Source of the DNA: an uncultured Candidatus Binatia bacterium
GTDB lineage: Bacteria; Desulfobacterota; Binatia; UBA9968; JAJDTQ01
Assembly (NCBI GenBank): GCA_965215605.1
Contig: OZ244070.1
Location: forward strand, 640,001 to 704,000
Reading direction: 5' to 3'
DNA: 64,000 nucleotides
Shown: one piece after another, positions 51,061 to 59,935 of the stretch
Layout of the letters: each line of letters begins with the position of its first letter
How positions within the stretch are numbered: the first letter of the stretch is position 1
Program-made: the position numbers and the translations under genes
Notes under the pieces: model-generated
What the model was told of the DNA's origin: nothing
The model's database searches: none
What the model saw: the letters and a program-made list of their open reading frames with translations, nothing else

Positions 51061-51834
51061 TTGAAGGTCGTAACGTGGAATCTGAACTCCATCCGCGCGC
51101 GGGAGGAACGCTTCCTGAACTGGCTCTCGCGCCAAGGCCCGGACGTGGTCTGTCTTCAGGAGACCAAGGTCACCGACGAGCAGTTTCCCTACGACGCCGT
51201 GAAGGAGCAGGGCTATCACGCCGCCGTGCACGGCCAGAAGACCTACAACGGCGTGGCGATCCTGTCGCGGGAACCCATCGACGACGTCCGGGTCGGCTTC
51301 GGCGACGGCGTCGACGACCCCCAGGCCCGCTGCATCGGCGCGATGATCCAGGGCGTCCGTTTCATATCGGTGTATGTTCCCAACGGGAACAAGGTCGAGT
51401 CGGACAAATACGTCTACAAGCAAGAATGGTTGGAGCGCATGTTCGGCTACCTCGACAAGACCCACGCACCCGGGACGCCGCTCCTGATCTCCGGCGACTT
51501 CAACATCGCGCCCGACCTGGCGGACGTGGCCGAGCCGGACGTGTGGCGCGGCACCGTGCTCTTCAACCCCGACATGACGGACGTGATGACGCGGCTTTCG
51601 GATTGGGGGCTCGAGGACGTGGTCCGGAAGCACAATCCGGAGCCGGGGCTCTATTCATGGTGGGACTACCGCCAGCTCGGGTTTCCGCGCAACAAGGGAC
51701 TCCGCATCGACCACATTCTCGCCACCCCGGAGCTGGCGTCGCGCTCGACGTCGGCCGGTGTCGACCGGGACGAGCGCAAGGGCCCGAAGCCGTCGGACCA
51801 CGCGCCGGTGATGGCGGAGCTGGACTGGCCGTAG
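51061..51834 (+). CDS. xth: Exodeoxyribonuclease III
   Basis: TWNLNS, LQETK, YNGVA, GDFN, RIDH, SDHAP. Confidence 0.95.
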   Translation: MKVVTWNLNSIRAREERFLNWLSRQGPDVVCLQETKVTDEQFPYDAVKEQGYHAAVHGQKTYNGVAILSREPIDDVRVGFGDGVDDPQARCIGAMIQGVRFISVYVPNGNKVESDKYVYKQEWLERMFGYLDKTHAPGTPLLISGDFNIAPDLADVAEPDVWRGTVLFNPDMTDVMTRLSDWGLEDVVRKHNPEPGLYSWWDYRQLGFPRNKGLRIDHILATPELASRSTSAGVDRDERKGPKPSDHAPVMAELDWP

Positions 51835-51852
51835 AACTAAGGCGGGTATGGA

Positions 51853-51895
51853 GTCATGCGGGGGTCCGCCGGCTTGCCGGGGACCCCCGCATGAC
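51853..51895. repeat. Long inverted repeat between convergent genes (REP-like or bidirectional terminator)
   Basis: 15-bp perfect arms GTCATGCGGGGGTCC/GGACCCCCGCATGAC with an inner CCGGC/GCCGG. Confidence 0.65.
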
Positions 51896-51906
51896 GTTTC
51901 AGACGT

Positions 51907-52419
51907 CTACTTCTTGCGGGGAACCGCCGCCCAGGCCTCGATCTCGATGAGCATGTCCTGCAGATCGATGCCGACGCCGCGCAGCAGGGTGGCGGGACGG
52001 GGATGGGCCCGCAGATCGGGCTCGTGCTCCTCGAAGAACGCGTACATCGCGTCGCGCATGTCGAAGACGTCCTCACGGCGCGTGAGGAAGTAGCGGATCA
52101 TCACGATGTGCTTGAGCTCTCCGCCCATCATCTCGAGATTGTCCTTGATGTCCTGCCAGGCCTGAGTGGTCTGCTCCTTGATGCCGCCGACGACCTTGCC
52201 GCGGCCGGCCCGCTCCTCGTTGGGCTCCCGGCAGGGCGCGTCCTCGAACGGATCGCGCCCAGTGGAACCGGAAAGGAACAGGATGTCCACGTCGCCCCGG
52301 GTGCGGAAGCCCGTGGCCCAGTTCATCCTCTCCTTGTGATAGTGCGGCCACAGCGTGCCCCAGTCGTACTCGGTCTTCTCGGCTTCCTGCCGTTTGACCG
52401 CTTCTTCGTTCGTTGCCAT
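51907..52419 (-). CDS. RidA/YjgF-family protein with N-terminal extension
   Basis: LFLSG, EQT.Q, PATL, LIEIEAWA. Confidence 0.82.
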   Translation of the reverse strand: MATNEEAVKRQEAEKTEYDWGTLWPHYHKERMNWATGFRTRGDVDILFLSGSTGRDPFEDAPCREPNEERAGRGKVVGGIKEQTTQAWQDIKDNLEMMGGELKHIVMIRYFLTRREDVFDMRDAMYAFFEEHEPDLRAHPRPATLLRGVGIDLQDMLIEIEAWAAVPRKK

Positions 52420-52486
52420 CGTGAATCGCCTCCTTGTGGTTTGAGTTGATACTTCGGAATTCGCGGACCCGGGATGGGGCGGAACC

Positions 52487-53089
52487 CTATCCCAGGCCGA
52501 CGAAAGGAATGGTAATGCCCTCGGTGCGCTCGATGTAGCGGACGAACCGGTACTTGTACTCCGCCAGATCGACGTTGGGGCGCGGGATCTCGCGGTGCCA
52601 GAGGCTCTCTTCGACCTTGCACACCACGTAGTGGAGCCCCTCTCCGGTGACGCCAGGCAGGCCGTGCTCCTTGAAGCCCTCGATGTCGTCCACGGTCACG
52701 GCGTTCTCGATTCCCGAGGCGCGGGCGATGGCGGCGAGGTCGGTCTTGCCGGCCGTTGCCGTGGGCTCGCTCATGGTGCTGCCGCTGTAGACCTCGTTGT
52801 CGAACACCAACACCGTCAGGTTGGACAAGTCGAGGTTGCCCAGGGTCGGAAGATTGAACAGCGACAGCAGCACGCTGCCGTCCGACTCGAGCACGATGAC
52901 GCGGCGGTGGGGCAGCGCCAGCGCCAGTCCCATGCCCACGCCCGTGGCGCACCCCATCATGCCCACCAGCAGGTTCCCCTCGTGCTGCGACAGGTGGAAC
53001 CACTCGATGCGCTGGCCGCTCTGGGAGGAGAGCACCAGTTGATCGGTCATCAGCGGCGCCATGAGCTCGAGACAGTCGCGCCGGATCAT
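52487..53089 (-). CDS. ThDP-dependent decarboxylase beta subunit (ComE/sulfopyruvate decarboxylase-like)
   Basis: MG..G.GLALA, SDGS...DN..Y ThDP-binding motif. Confidence 0.85.
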   Translation of the reverse strand: MIRRDCLELMAPLMTDQLVLSSQSGQRIEWFHLSQHEGNLLVGMMGCATGVGMGLALALPHRRVIVLESDGSVLLSLFNLPTLGNLDLSNLTVLVFDNEVYSGSTMSEPTATAGKTDLAAIARASGIENAVTVDDIEGFKEHGLPGVTGEGLHYVVCKVEESLWHREIPRPNVDLAEYKYRFVRYIERTEGITIPFVGLG

Positions 53090-53592
53090 CGGGCGAACTC
53101 CCCGGAGAAGATCAGGGCGGCCGGCGCCCGCATGGAGTCGCTGACCCGCTGGGCGTCCCGGATGTGCCGATCGAGATTGTCGGCGTTCTCGATGACGCGG
53201 TATTCGAGGCCCAGCCCTTCGAGGGTGGGGATCATGCGCATGCCGATGGTCACGTAGAGGAAGCTGTTCCGTTGATCGGCGAAACTGCCCAGAAAGCCGA
53301 TGAGCAGCAGGATCGGCACGCCCATCTGCTTGCCCACCGTGAGCAGGGAGTAGGCGGAAACGTAGGGCCCGGTGCTCTCCATGTAGCAGGCCACCCGCTT
53401 GCCGCCGAGGGCCGCGCCCGCGGCGATGGTGATGGCCTCCTGCTCGCTGGCGGCCGCCACCATCTGGACGGTGCCGTCCTCGCGCAGGAGCGGCAGGATC
53501 TGGCTGAGCCGGCTCTCCGGCAGGTAGGTCAGGAAATCGATGCCGGCCGCCTTCAGGCCGTGGACGATCTTCTCGGCGAGTACGGGTTCCAT
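53086..53592 (-). CDS. ThDP-dependent decarboxylase alpha subunit (ComD-like)
   Basis: LPES, EQEA...AGA.LGG, MESTG. Confidence 0.85.
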   Translation of the reverse strand: MEPVLAEKIVHGLKAAGIDFLTYLPESRLSQILPLLREDGTVQMVAAASEQEAITIAAGAALGGKRVACYMESTGPYVSAYSLLTVGKQMGVPILLLIGFLGSFADQRNSFLYVTIGMRMIPTLEGLGLEYRVIENADNLDRHIRDAQRVSDSMRAPAALIFSGEFAR

Positions 53593-53613
53593 GAGCGGTT
53601 CCTGTCCTGACGG

Positions 53614-54888
53614 CTATCGCGCCCAATTGCAGATGGTCGCCGCCGAAAGCGCATAGATCTTCGCCGCGCGCACGATCTCGTCGATGTCGATCTGCTCCGA
53701 CCGGGTGGTAAAGCGGCCGCCGCCGAGGCCGAACTTGCAGGCGGGAATACCCATCTCGTTGTAGATGTTGGTGTCGGTCCAGATGCTGGAACGGAAGGTG
53801 TTGGCCGGGGTGGTATTTTCGCCGAACAGCTCCTGGTGGGTCTCCTCGATGACATCCACCACGGGCTCGATGCCCTTGGCCTCGTAGCCCATCTTCGACG
53901 TGTACATCTCGATGTCGTACTCGTAGCCGGTGGCGTCCATCACCGCGCGCAACTGCCGCTGCACCTCGAGGGGCCGAAGCTCCGGCGGGATGCGCACGTC
54001 CAGGTACAGCGAGCAGATGCCCGGGTGGTAGTTGGGCCGGTAGGGCGCGCCGCCCTGCACCGAGCCGAGGTTGACCTTGGGGATGATGGGGCCGTTGGCC
54101 GACTGGTACACGTGGTTCGCCTCGAACTCCTCCGCCCAAGCGTCCACCGCCTGCACCACCCTGGACATCTTCAGCACCGCGTTGTGCTCCTCCGGCGGTT
54201 CCTGCTGGCGAGTGACGCCCCAGGCCGCGTGGGGATTGCCGAAGGTGTCGATCTTGAACTGGGCCACGCCAGCCTGGGTCCAGATGATGGACAAGGCCGA
54301 GCGGTCCGCGACGATGGCGTAGTCGGACTGGACGCCGTAGGTGAGCAGGTGGCGGGTGCCGGTGCCCTCGCCGCGGTACAGTCCGGACTGGTACGGCCCG
54401 ATGGGGGTGCGGGATATCTCGCCCGCCACCGCCGCCAGGATCAGGTCGCCCTTGACGGCCACGCCGCTCTTCTTGAGCGCCTTGCCGGCCACCATGAAGG
54501 CCGCCAGCCCGGACTTCATGTTGGACGCCGCCAGGCCGAACACCTTGCCGTCCCGGATGGCGCCCCGGAGCTCGCTCTGCGGCTCGAGCTCCCGGCACAG
54601 CATGAGGTCGTCTTCCTGCCCGGTGAAGCTCGTGTCCATGTGGCCGTTGATCATCAACGACACGCCGCCGCCGGTGCCCTGGAGCACCCCCACCGCGTTC
54701 ACCCGGTTGGGGTCGATCTCCTGGCGCACGGGCTTGAGACCGTTGCGGCCGTACCAGTCGAGAATGAACTCGCCGATCTCCTTCTCGGACCCGGTGGGGC
54801 TCAGGATGTCCACCAGATCCCGCGTGAGCTCAGCCAGCTCCTGGCCGTCGATGTGCTGGAGTATCTGTTCCTTGGTGCTGTCGTCCAT
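53614..54888 (-). CDS. M20-family protein with atypical metal ligands
   Basis: SPTGSE, INGHMDT, SNMKSG. Confidence 0.82.
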   Translation of the reverse strand: MDDSTKEQILQHIDGQELAELTRDLVDILSPTGSEKEIGEFILDWYGRNGLKPVRQEIDPNRVNAVGVLQGTGGGVSLMINGHMDTSFTGQEDDLMLCRELEPQSELRGAIRDGKVFGLAASNMKSGLAAFMVAGKALKKSGVAVKGDLILAAVAGEISRTPIGPYQSGLYRGEGTGTRHLLTYGVQSDYAIVADRSALSIIWTQAGVAQFKIDTFGNPHAAWGVTRQQEPPEEHNAVLKMSRVVQAVDAWAEEFEANHVYQSANGPIIPKVNLGSVQGGAPYRPNYHPGICSLYLDVRIPPELRPLEVQRQLRAVMDATGYEYDIEMYTSKMGYEAKGIEPVVDVIEETHQELFGENTTPANTFRSSIWTDTNIYNEMGIPACKFGLGGGRFTTRSEQIDIDEIVRAAKIYALSAATICNWAR

Positions 54889-54904
54889 GGTGTGGCGGGG
54901 TGTT

Positions 54905-55081
54905 TCAGCTCTTCCGTTGCTTGTCGATCTTCATGATCGGCATGACGCCGGAAACGTCGACCTTGTAGAGGTCCTGGAGCAGCCGGTGGGTTTCCTCCGC
55001 CTGCCTGGCGATGGACTCGATCTCGTCCTCGCTGAGATTGAACCCGTACTCCTTGTCGATCTCTCGAATTCGATCCTTCAC
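54905..55081 (-). CDS. Small helical protein (GatC/AtzG-like accessory subunit?), 58 aa
   Basis: GGAGGAG RBS plus GTG; pattern G..LS.DEI...A...L...DV..V.P. Confidence 0.6.
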   Translation of the reverse strand: MKDRIREIDKEYGFNLSEDEIESIARQAEETHRLLQDLYKVDVSGVMPIMKIDKQRKS

Positions 55082-55218
55082 GGCCGCTCCTCCGATCTGC
55101 CAATGTCCGTCAGGGGATTGCGCGTGGCGTGAGCCTGTGGCCCTCGAACCGCTCGTAACACGCGGCCCCATGCGTGTCAACGCGAGGTTAGCGGGCTTTC
55201 CCACCAACACACAGAGGG

Positions 55219-57075
55219 TCACCGTCTCCCGCTTCTTTGGCGGGTTTCCAACTTGTCCAGCTCTTCCATCAAACGTCGCTTGGCCTTGTGTCGAAGGCGC
55301 AACGCCGAAATATAATCGCGGTACTCGTCGCTGCGGCCAAGACTCTGCAGGAGCTTTTCCATCCTCGACAAATGAGGCACGGCCTCCCGATACGCGCGCG
55401 GCTGGACTCGGGCGATCAGATTTTCCGCCTTGCGTCTCCAAACCTCGAGACTCACGTCGGGATGGGTTCCCGCCACAGCCTTGGCGACAGCTTCGGCATG
55501 ATAGTCCTGATTGGGTGCCTCCCGAAACCACCGTAAGGCGTCCTCGGTTCGACTCTCGTACAGCGCGATAGCGATCAGGTCATTGTGATCAGGGAAGGTT
55601 CGCGGAACTCGCGGGTCGGACCACTGAAGCCCGGTGTCGGGCAACGGCCACCCAGCCGTAGACGAAGGTGCGGCTCCCGTCTCCAGGAAGCGCAACAACG
55701 CGTGCCGCACCGGTTGCCAGCGGTCTGCCTTTCGGCCTGCTATTTCGGCATCTCGATAGTTGTCCATATGGGTATGCCACACGAACGCCTCCGCTCGCAG
55801 GGCCGCAACCAGCAACCAATCCCTCCGCTTCCGGGCAATTTCGACCAACAGTTCCACCAGCTTCCATGCGATGCCGGGCTGATCGTCCAGGGTCTTGTGG
55901 AAACCTTGATGGGCCCAGTGCGCAGCCTGATCATAGGTTTTGCTTGCCAACAGGCGTTGAACGAGCTCGACGTAGTTGTCGCAATAGGGCAACTCCTCGA
56001 TCATCAGCCTTATCGCCCGCTCATCCTCGCCGGCGTTGAACAACGCCGACTGCGTGCAGGCCAACAGCCTTTCCCGACGGTACTTTTTCGAAGACCAGCC
56101 GTCGTCGCTTGCAGGCTTGGGGGAAGAAGCCAACCGATTCCCGAATGCTTCGGCAACCTCACGCCAGTCGGTCCGGCTCAGTCGAGCCTCATCCACTGGC
56201 GGCCCCAGCCCCTCCAGCAAAGCGTACTCGTCGTTGATCAGCTTGTCCCAATACCAGATCATGAGCTTTGCGGCCGGTTGTTGTGTTTTCCCCCTCGCGT
56301 TCAACACCACGGCCAGGCATTCTCTGATCTGCCAAGCGGTTTCACCCTCGTCGTCCGACTCCTCGACCTGCGCGGTTCCCCGTTCGAATATCTCTTCTCC
56401 CAACTCCGCCACCACGGCTTCATGCCCGCCCTTCAACAGCTCTTCAAGTTGTACCCGAATCGGCGCATAGTCCGGCGTGTAGCCCCGGTGGTCCCAATGA
56501 TCCCGCCAGCCTCCCTCACTCGCCGTCTCGCGGATCCGCCGTCGCAGCCGGGCGACTGTCTGAGCCAATGCCTTATCGGTCAGCGGCGACGCCAAAGGCA
56601 ATGTATCGAGGAGCGACGGATCGTCAGCAAATCTGTCCAACGCCCACTCGACAAGCTTCGCCTTGGACATGGCCTTGAGGGCAACGCGCGCCTTCTCGAC
56701 ATCGAGGGCCTGCTCCGGCCCGCCCGCCAAGCCATACGCGGACAGCCGGACATCCAGTTCGTCAGACTCGATCTTCGGAACCGATTTCCCCGAACTGAGG
56801 TAGTCAAGATAAGTCAGGACCACGGCAACGGCGTGTTTGCATGGGCCTGCGTAAGGACAACTGCACTGGTGGTCAGGCGTGTCGCCGGTCATCCATACGA
56901 GGGTGAGATAGCTCTCGCCCCCCACAACATCGGCGACCAGATGCTCGTCCTGGGTCACGGCAAGATCGTGCACGCGGCGCCGGTAGCTCCGGCCGCGCTC
57001 CACGACCGCTGATCCCGCCCATTCCTCAAGGTCTTCCCAGCCGAGGGATGCAACGGATGCTATCGACATAACCAT
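55219..57075 (-). CDS. SWIM zinc-finger family protein
   Basis: ERG..Y, CSCPYAGPCKH, helical C-terminus; lower-GC codon usage. Confidence 0.87.
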   Translation of the reverse strand: MVMSIASVASLGWEDLEEWAGSAVVERGRSYRRRVHDLAVTQDEHLVADVVGGESYLTLVWMTGDTPDHQCSCPYAGPCKHAVAVVLTYLDYLSSGKSVPKIESDELDVRLSAYGLAGGPEQALDVEKARVALKAMSKAKLVEWALDRFADDPSLLDTLPLASPLTDKALAQTVARLRRRIRETASEGGWRDHWDHRGYTPDYAPIRVQLEELLKGGHEAVVAELGEEIFERGTAQVEESDDEGETAWQIRECLAVVLNARGKTQQPAAKLMIWYWDKLINDEYALLEGLGPPVDEARLSRTDWREVAEAFGNRLASSPKPASDDGWSSKKYRRERLLACTQSALFNAGEDERAIRLMIEELPYCDNYVELVQRLLASKTYDQAAHWAHQGFHKTLDDQPGIAWKLVELLVEIARKRRDWLLVAALRAEAFVWHTHMDNYRDAEIAGRKADRWQPVRHALLRFLETGAAPSSTAGWPLPDTGLQWSDPRVPRTFPDHNDLIAIALYESRTEDALRWFREAPNQDYHAEAVAKAVAGTHPDVSLEVWRRKAENLIARVQPRAYREAVPHLSRMEKLLQSLGRSDEYRDYISALRLRHKAKRRLMEELDKLETRQRSGRR

Positions 57076-57113
57076 TCAGGCGTGGGTCATGCGCATCGGC
57101 TGCAGGTCCCCTA

Positions 57114-57263
57114 TCAAACCGCTCCCTCTTCGTCGTCGGGCAGCCGCAGCAGGCGTTCGCCACGCCAGACCCGAACGATCCGAACGGCATTCCGATCCCG
57201 TCGATAGATGATCCTGAATGGCGGGTTCGTCAGTTCCCGAAGTGAAGCCTGCCCGAACTCCGG
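57114..57263 (-). pseudogene. RelE/ParE-family toxin, C-terminal half only
   Basis: PEFGQASLREL..PPFRIIYRR...IVRVWR.ERLL begins 1 nt after the antitoxin stop; no start codon. Confidence 0.78.
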
Positions 57264-57264
57264 T

Positions 57265-57528
57265 CTACTTGAGGCCGAGCCGGGATTTCGCTTCCGCCAA
57301 CGAAACCTCGCGTCCCTCTTCGATATCTGACAACCCTTCGACGACCGCCAGCATGAAGGTGCGCTCATCGTCGGCTGCTCCGAATTCTTCGACGGACTGG
57401 ACGACCGCGCCGCCTCGCCCGCGACTGGTGACAAGAACGGGACGGCGAGTTTCTGCGGCATGTTTCACTACGCGGCCGGGGTTGGTTTTCAGGTCGGTCA
57501 GGGGAACGATGTCTTGAGAGAACCTCAC
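57265..57528 (-). CDS. Phd/YefM-family antitoxin
   Basis: DIVPLTDLK.NP...RPVLVT.RG; GAGGAG RBS plus GTG. Confidence 0.87.
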   Translation of the reverse strand: MRFSQDIVPLTDLKTNPGRVVKHAAETRRPVLVTSRGRGGAVVQSVEEFGAADDERTFMLAVVEGLSDIEEGREVSLAEAKSRLGLK

Positions 57529-57563
57529 TCGCGTCTCCTCTATTGGACCTGTTGAACATACGC

Positions 57564-57593
57564 ATAATAGGTACTGTAAGTACATGCTGTCAA
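57564..57593 (-). promoter_or_regulatory. Sigma70 promoter with YefM-like operator
   Basis: TTGACA-N18-TATTAT; spacer carries GTAC-N5-GTAC. Confidence 0.62.
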
Positions 57594-57630
57594 TGAGTCT
57601 TCTTCCCGGCACGGTCCGGCGGCCCTCGTG

Positions 57631-57660
57631 GACCGTCAGCTCTCCGATCTTCGCGTACAA
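57631..57660 (-). mobile_element. IS3-family transposase OrfA scar
   Basis: Ten codons LYAKIGELTV, as in the L(Y/H)AKIGELTVERDFL leucine zipper; very short. Confidence 0.4.
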
Positions 57661-57841
57661 AAGCCACTGGCCGAACCAAGACCTTCTACGCCCGTGAAGC
57701 CGTCCTGATGTACCTGGAGGATTTCGAAGACATGTAACCTAGCCGAACAGCGGCTGACCGAGAGCCGCGCCGGCAGATCCGATAGCCTTCCGCTTGAAGA
57801 TGGAATGAAACGCTATGGCATGGAGGAGCGAGCTTGACCGA
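57660..57841 (+). pseudogene. Decayed RHH (RelB/CopG-like) antitoxin plus first codons of a RelE toxin
   Basis: KATGRTKTFYAREAV..YLED.EDM, 1-nt insertion (TAAC 57735-57738), then LAEQRL...AGRS...LE..MKRYGME; overlapping MAWRSELDR at 57815. Confidence 0.75.
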
Positions 57842-57928
57842 AGCCTGACGCCCGATGGGGCTTGTCGCGTGCGGCTGCTCCTACCAAGGCCGCACAAGAA
57901 GGCCTTCCGTTTGAGCCGCTGGTCCGGC

Positions 57929-57960
57929 TTGACATAGCGCCCTACATCTAGTCATATTAT
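57929..57960 (+). promoter_or_regulatory. Probable vapBC promoter
   Basis: TTGACA at 57929 followed by the AT-rich CATATTAT segment; -10 register ambiguous. Confidence 0.45.
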
Positions 57961-57991
57961 TAGCTAAGCTTCGACTCAGGGAGGCCAAACC

Positions 57992-58222
57992 ATGTCCGTG
58001 GTCAACGTCCATCAAGCCAAGACTCAGCTTTCTCGCCTGTTGGCGCAGGTCGAGGCAGGCGAAGATGTGGTCATCGCGCGGCGGGGTGAGCCGGTCGCGC
58101 GGCTCGTGCGTTGCAACCCGCGCGGCAAGCGGCAGTTTGGCGCCATGCGAGGACAAATCGTGGTGGACGACAGCATCCTCGATCCACTGCCCGAGGAAGA
58201 ATTGGCAGCTTGGGAGAGCTGA
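57992..58222 (+). CDS. Phd/prevent-host-death family antitoxin (VapB role)
   Basis: VNVHQAKTQLSRLL..V..GE.V.IAR.G.PVARL. Confidence 0.92.
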   Translation: MSVVNVHQAKTQLSRLLAQVEAGEDVVIARRGEPVARLVRCNPRGKRQFGAMRGQIVVDDSILDPLPEEELAAWES

Positions 58223-58228
58223 ATCGGC

Positions 58229-58615
58229 ATGAGGCTCCTTCTCGACACCCATGCTTTCATGTGGTGGCTGGCAGGCAACAGGCGGCTCTCCTCAGCGGCT
58301 CGTCGCGCAGTGGACGACAGTTCGAACGACGTGGTGGTCAGCGCGGCCACGGCTTGGGAAATCACTACCAAGCACCGCGTCGGCAAACTACAGGAAGCGG
58401 CGGCCGTCGCTCGCGACGTGACCGCCAGCATCGCCAGCCAGGGCTTCGAGGAACTGGCAATCACCGTTCAAGACGCGGAACGCGCAGGCCGATTGCCCGG
58501 CGCACACCGCGATCCTTTCGATCGAATGCTGATAGCCCAGGCATTGACGCACGACTTGACCGTTGTCTCAATCGACTCCGTGTTCGACAGGTACGGCGTC
58601 CCTCGTCTATGGTGA
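58229..58615 (+). CDS. vapC: VapC PIN-domain toxin
   Basis: LLDTH, SAA..WE, HRDPFDRMLIAQA, S.D. Confidence 0.93.
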   Translation: MRLLLDTHAFMWWLAGNRRLSSAARRAVDDSSNDVVVSAATAWEITTKHRVGKLQEAAAVARDVTASIASQGFEELAITVQDAERAGRLPGAHRDPFDRMLIAQALTHDLTVVSIDSVFDRYGVPRLW

Positions 58616-58649
58616 TTCACCCCTTCGGTGACTTGACGAAGGAGGCACC

Positions 58650-58883
58650 ATGGCCCTGAACCCCGTCGCCGACACCGGCCTCCGGTTCACGGTGAAGCGC
58701 TATCGGAGCGAGAAAACCGCCGACGAGGACGGCTGGTGACACGTCAGAATCGTCCTTGAGCCGGCCAACCACGAATACGCTCCCATCGAGTTGAAGACCG
58801 AAGACGAGGAGGCCGTGGCGGTTGTGGCCGAGTTCGTGGAGGTGGTCGGCACGGATTTCCCCAGCGACCTGCCTCGCGAGTGA
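58650..58883 (+). pseudogene. S24/LexA-like C-terminal domain remnant with premature stop
   Basis: TVKRY.SEK..DEDGW*H.RI.L.P.N..Y.PI.L...VAEFVEV; TGA at 58737-58739. Confidence 0.6.
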
Positions 58884-59016
58884 ATCACCGGCAAGGCCGA
58901 TAACCGATCAGCGCTTTCCCTTCACCTTGACACCCCGGAAACCGAAGCCCACAATAGGCTACGGTGCAAAGCCGCCCGAAATGCTTCCGGGCGGACCGGG
59001 CAACCGGACCCGTATA

Positions 59017-59163
59017 ATGATCGAAATGCTGGTGACCTATCCGGGCCTCGTCTTCATCGGGCTGTCGCTGCTGGTGGTTGTCGACACGGTGAGCGGGAAC
59101 CTGCCTCCGGCGGCGCTGGTCCCGTTTGCCCTGGGTACGGTGCTGGCGGTGATATTGCTGTGA
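59017..59163 (+). CDS. Small two-helix membrane protein (hypothetical)
   Basis: 48 aa, almost entirely hydrophobic, 19 nt upstream of the TPR gene; no clear RBS. Confidence 0.4.
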   Translation: MIEMLVTYPGLVFIGLSLLVVVDTVSGNLPPAALVPFALGTVLAVILL

Positions 59164-59182
59164 CAGGCTCGTGGGAACAACG

Positions 59183-59935
59183 ATGAGCGCAAAAGCGGAT
59201 ACGATCCCGAGGGCGGGAGAAGGGACGTTCCCCTTCGCGCGGGCAGCGTCGGGGGCGGTATTCCTGACGGCAATCCTGGCGTGCGGGACGGCCTTCCCGC
59301 AAAACGCTCCCACCAGCCAGGACGCGCCGTCTCCGGCTCTCCGTCAGGGCACGATCATTGAAGAGGACCTGTCGGCAACCGTACCCGCGCCGGCTCGGCG
59401 CGACCCGCTCCCCGACCCCGTAACCGCGCCGGTGGTTCCGGAGGCCACGGTCGAGAGCGGTCCCCGGCAGGACCCGGTCGACACTCCTGTCCCGGACGGC
59501 TCGTACGAGTTACCCTCTCTGGCGGCTTTCGACAGCACCACCATGCCCCGGCGAAGGGCGTCCGTGAAGCTGGTGCAACAAGGCCGGGATCTTCTCCGGA
59601 CCGAAAACTACGGGGCCGCGCTGAGCCAGTTCGAACGCGCCATCGGCGTGGACGCCACCAATCCCTACAGCCACTACTTCGTGGCCCGGGCGCACTACTT
59701 CCTGAAGCACTACCGCGAATCCCTGAATTTTCTCGACGTGGCGGAGTCGAGACTGGCCGCCGATGACCGCTGGCAGGCGGAGATCCATGTGCTGCGGGCG
59801 CGCAACGCCACCGCCCTGGGTTTTCACGGACAGGCGGACGTCAACTACATCCGCGCCCTCTCCCTCCAGCCGCGCCACGGATTCGCCCTCGCCCAACTCA
59901 CCACCCTGGACACCCCGGACCGGACAGGCCGCTAG
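59183..59935 (+). CDS. Exported tetratricopeptide-repeat protein
   Basis: Hydrophobic N-terminal segment, Pro-rich linker, three TPR-like helical pairs. Confidence 0.75.
   Translation: MSAKADTIPRAGEGTFPFARAASGAVFLTAILACGTAFPQNAPTSQDAPSPALRQGTIIEEDLSATVPAPARRDPLPDPVTAPVVPEATVESGPRQDPVDTPVPDGSYELPSLAAFDSTTMPRRRASVKLVQQGRDLLRTENYGAALSQFERAIGVDATNPYSHYFVARAHYFLKHYRESLNFLDVAESRLAADDRWQAEIHVLRARNATALGFHGQADVNYIRALSLQPRHGFALAQLTTLDTPDRTGR

Noticed and set aside
58737-58739. In-frame TGA as selenocysteine
   Set aside because: Not a Cys-equivalent position and no hairpin at SECIS distance; better explained as a nonsense mutation
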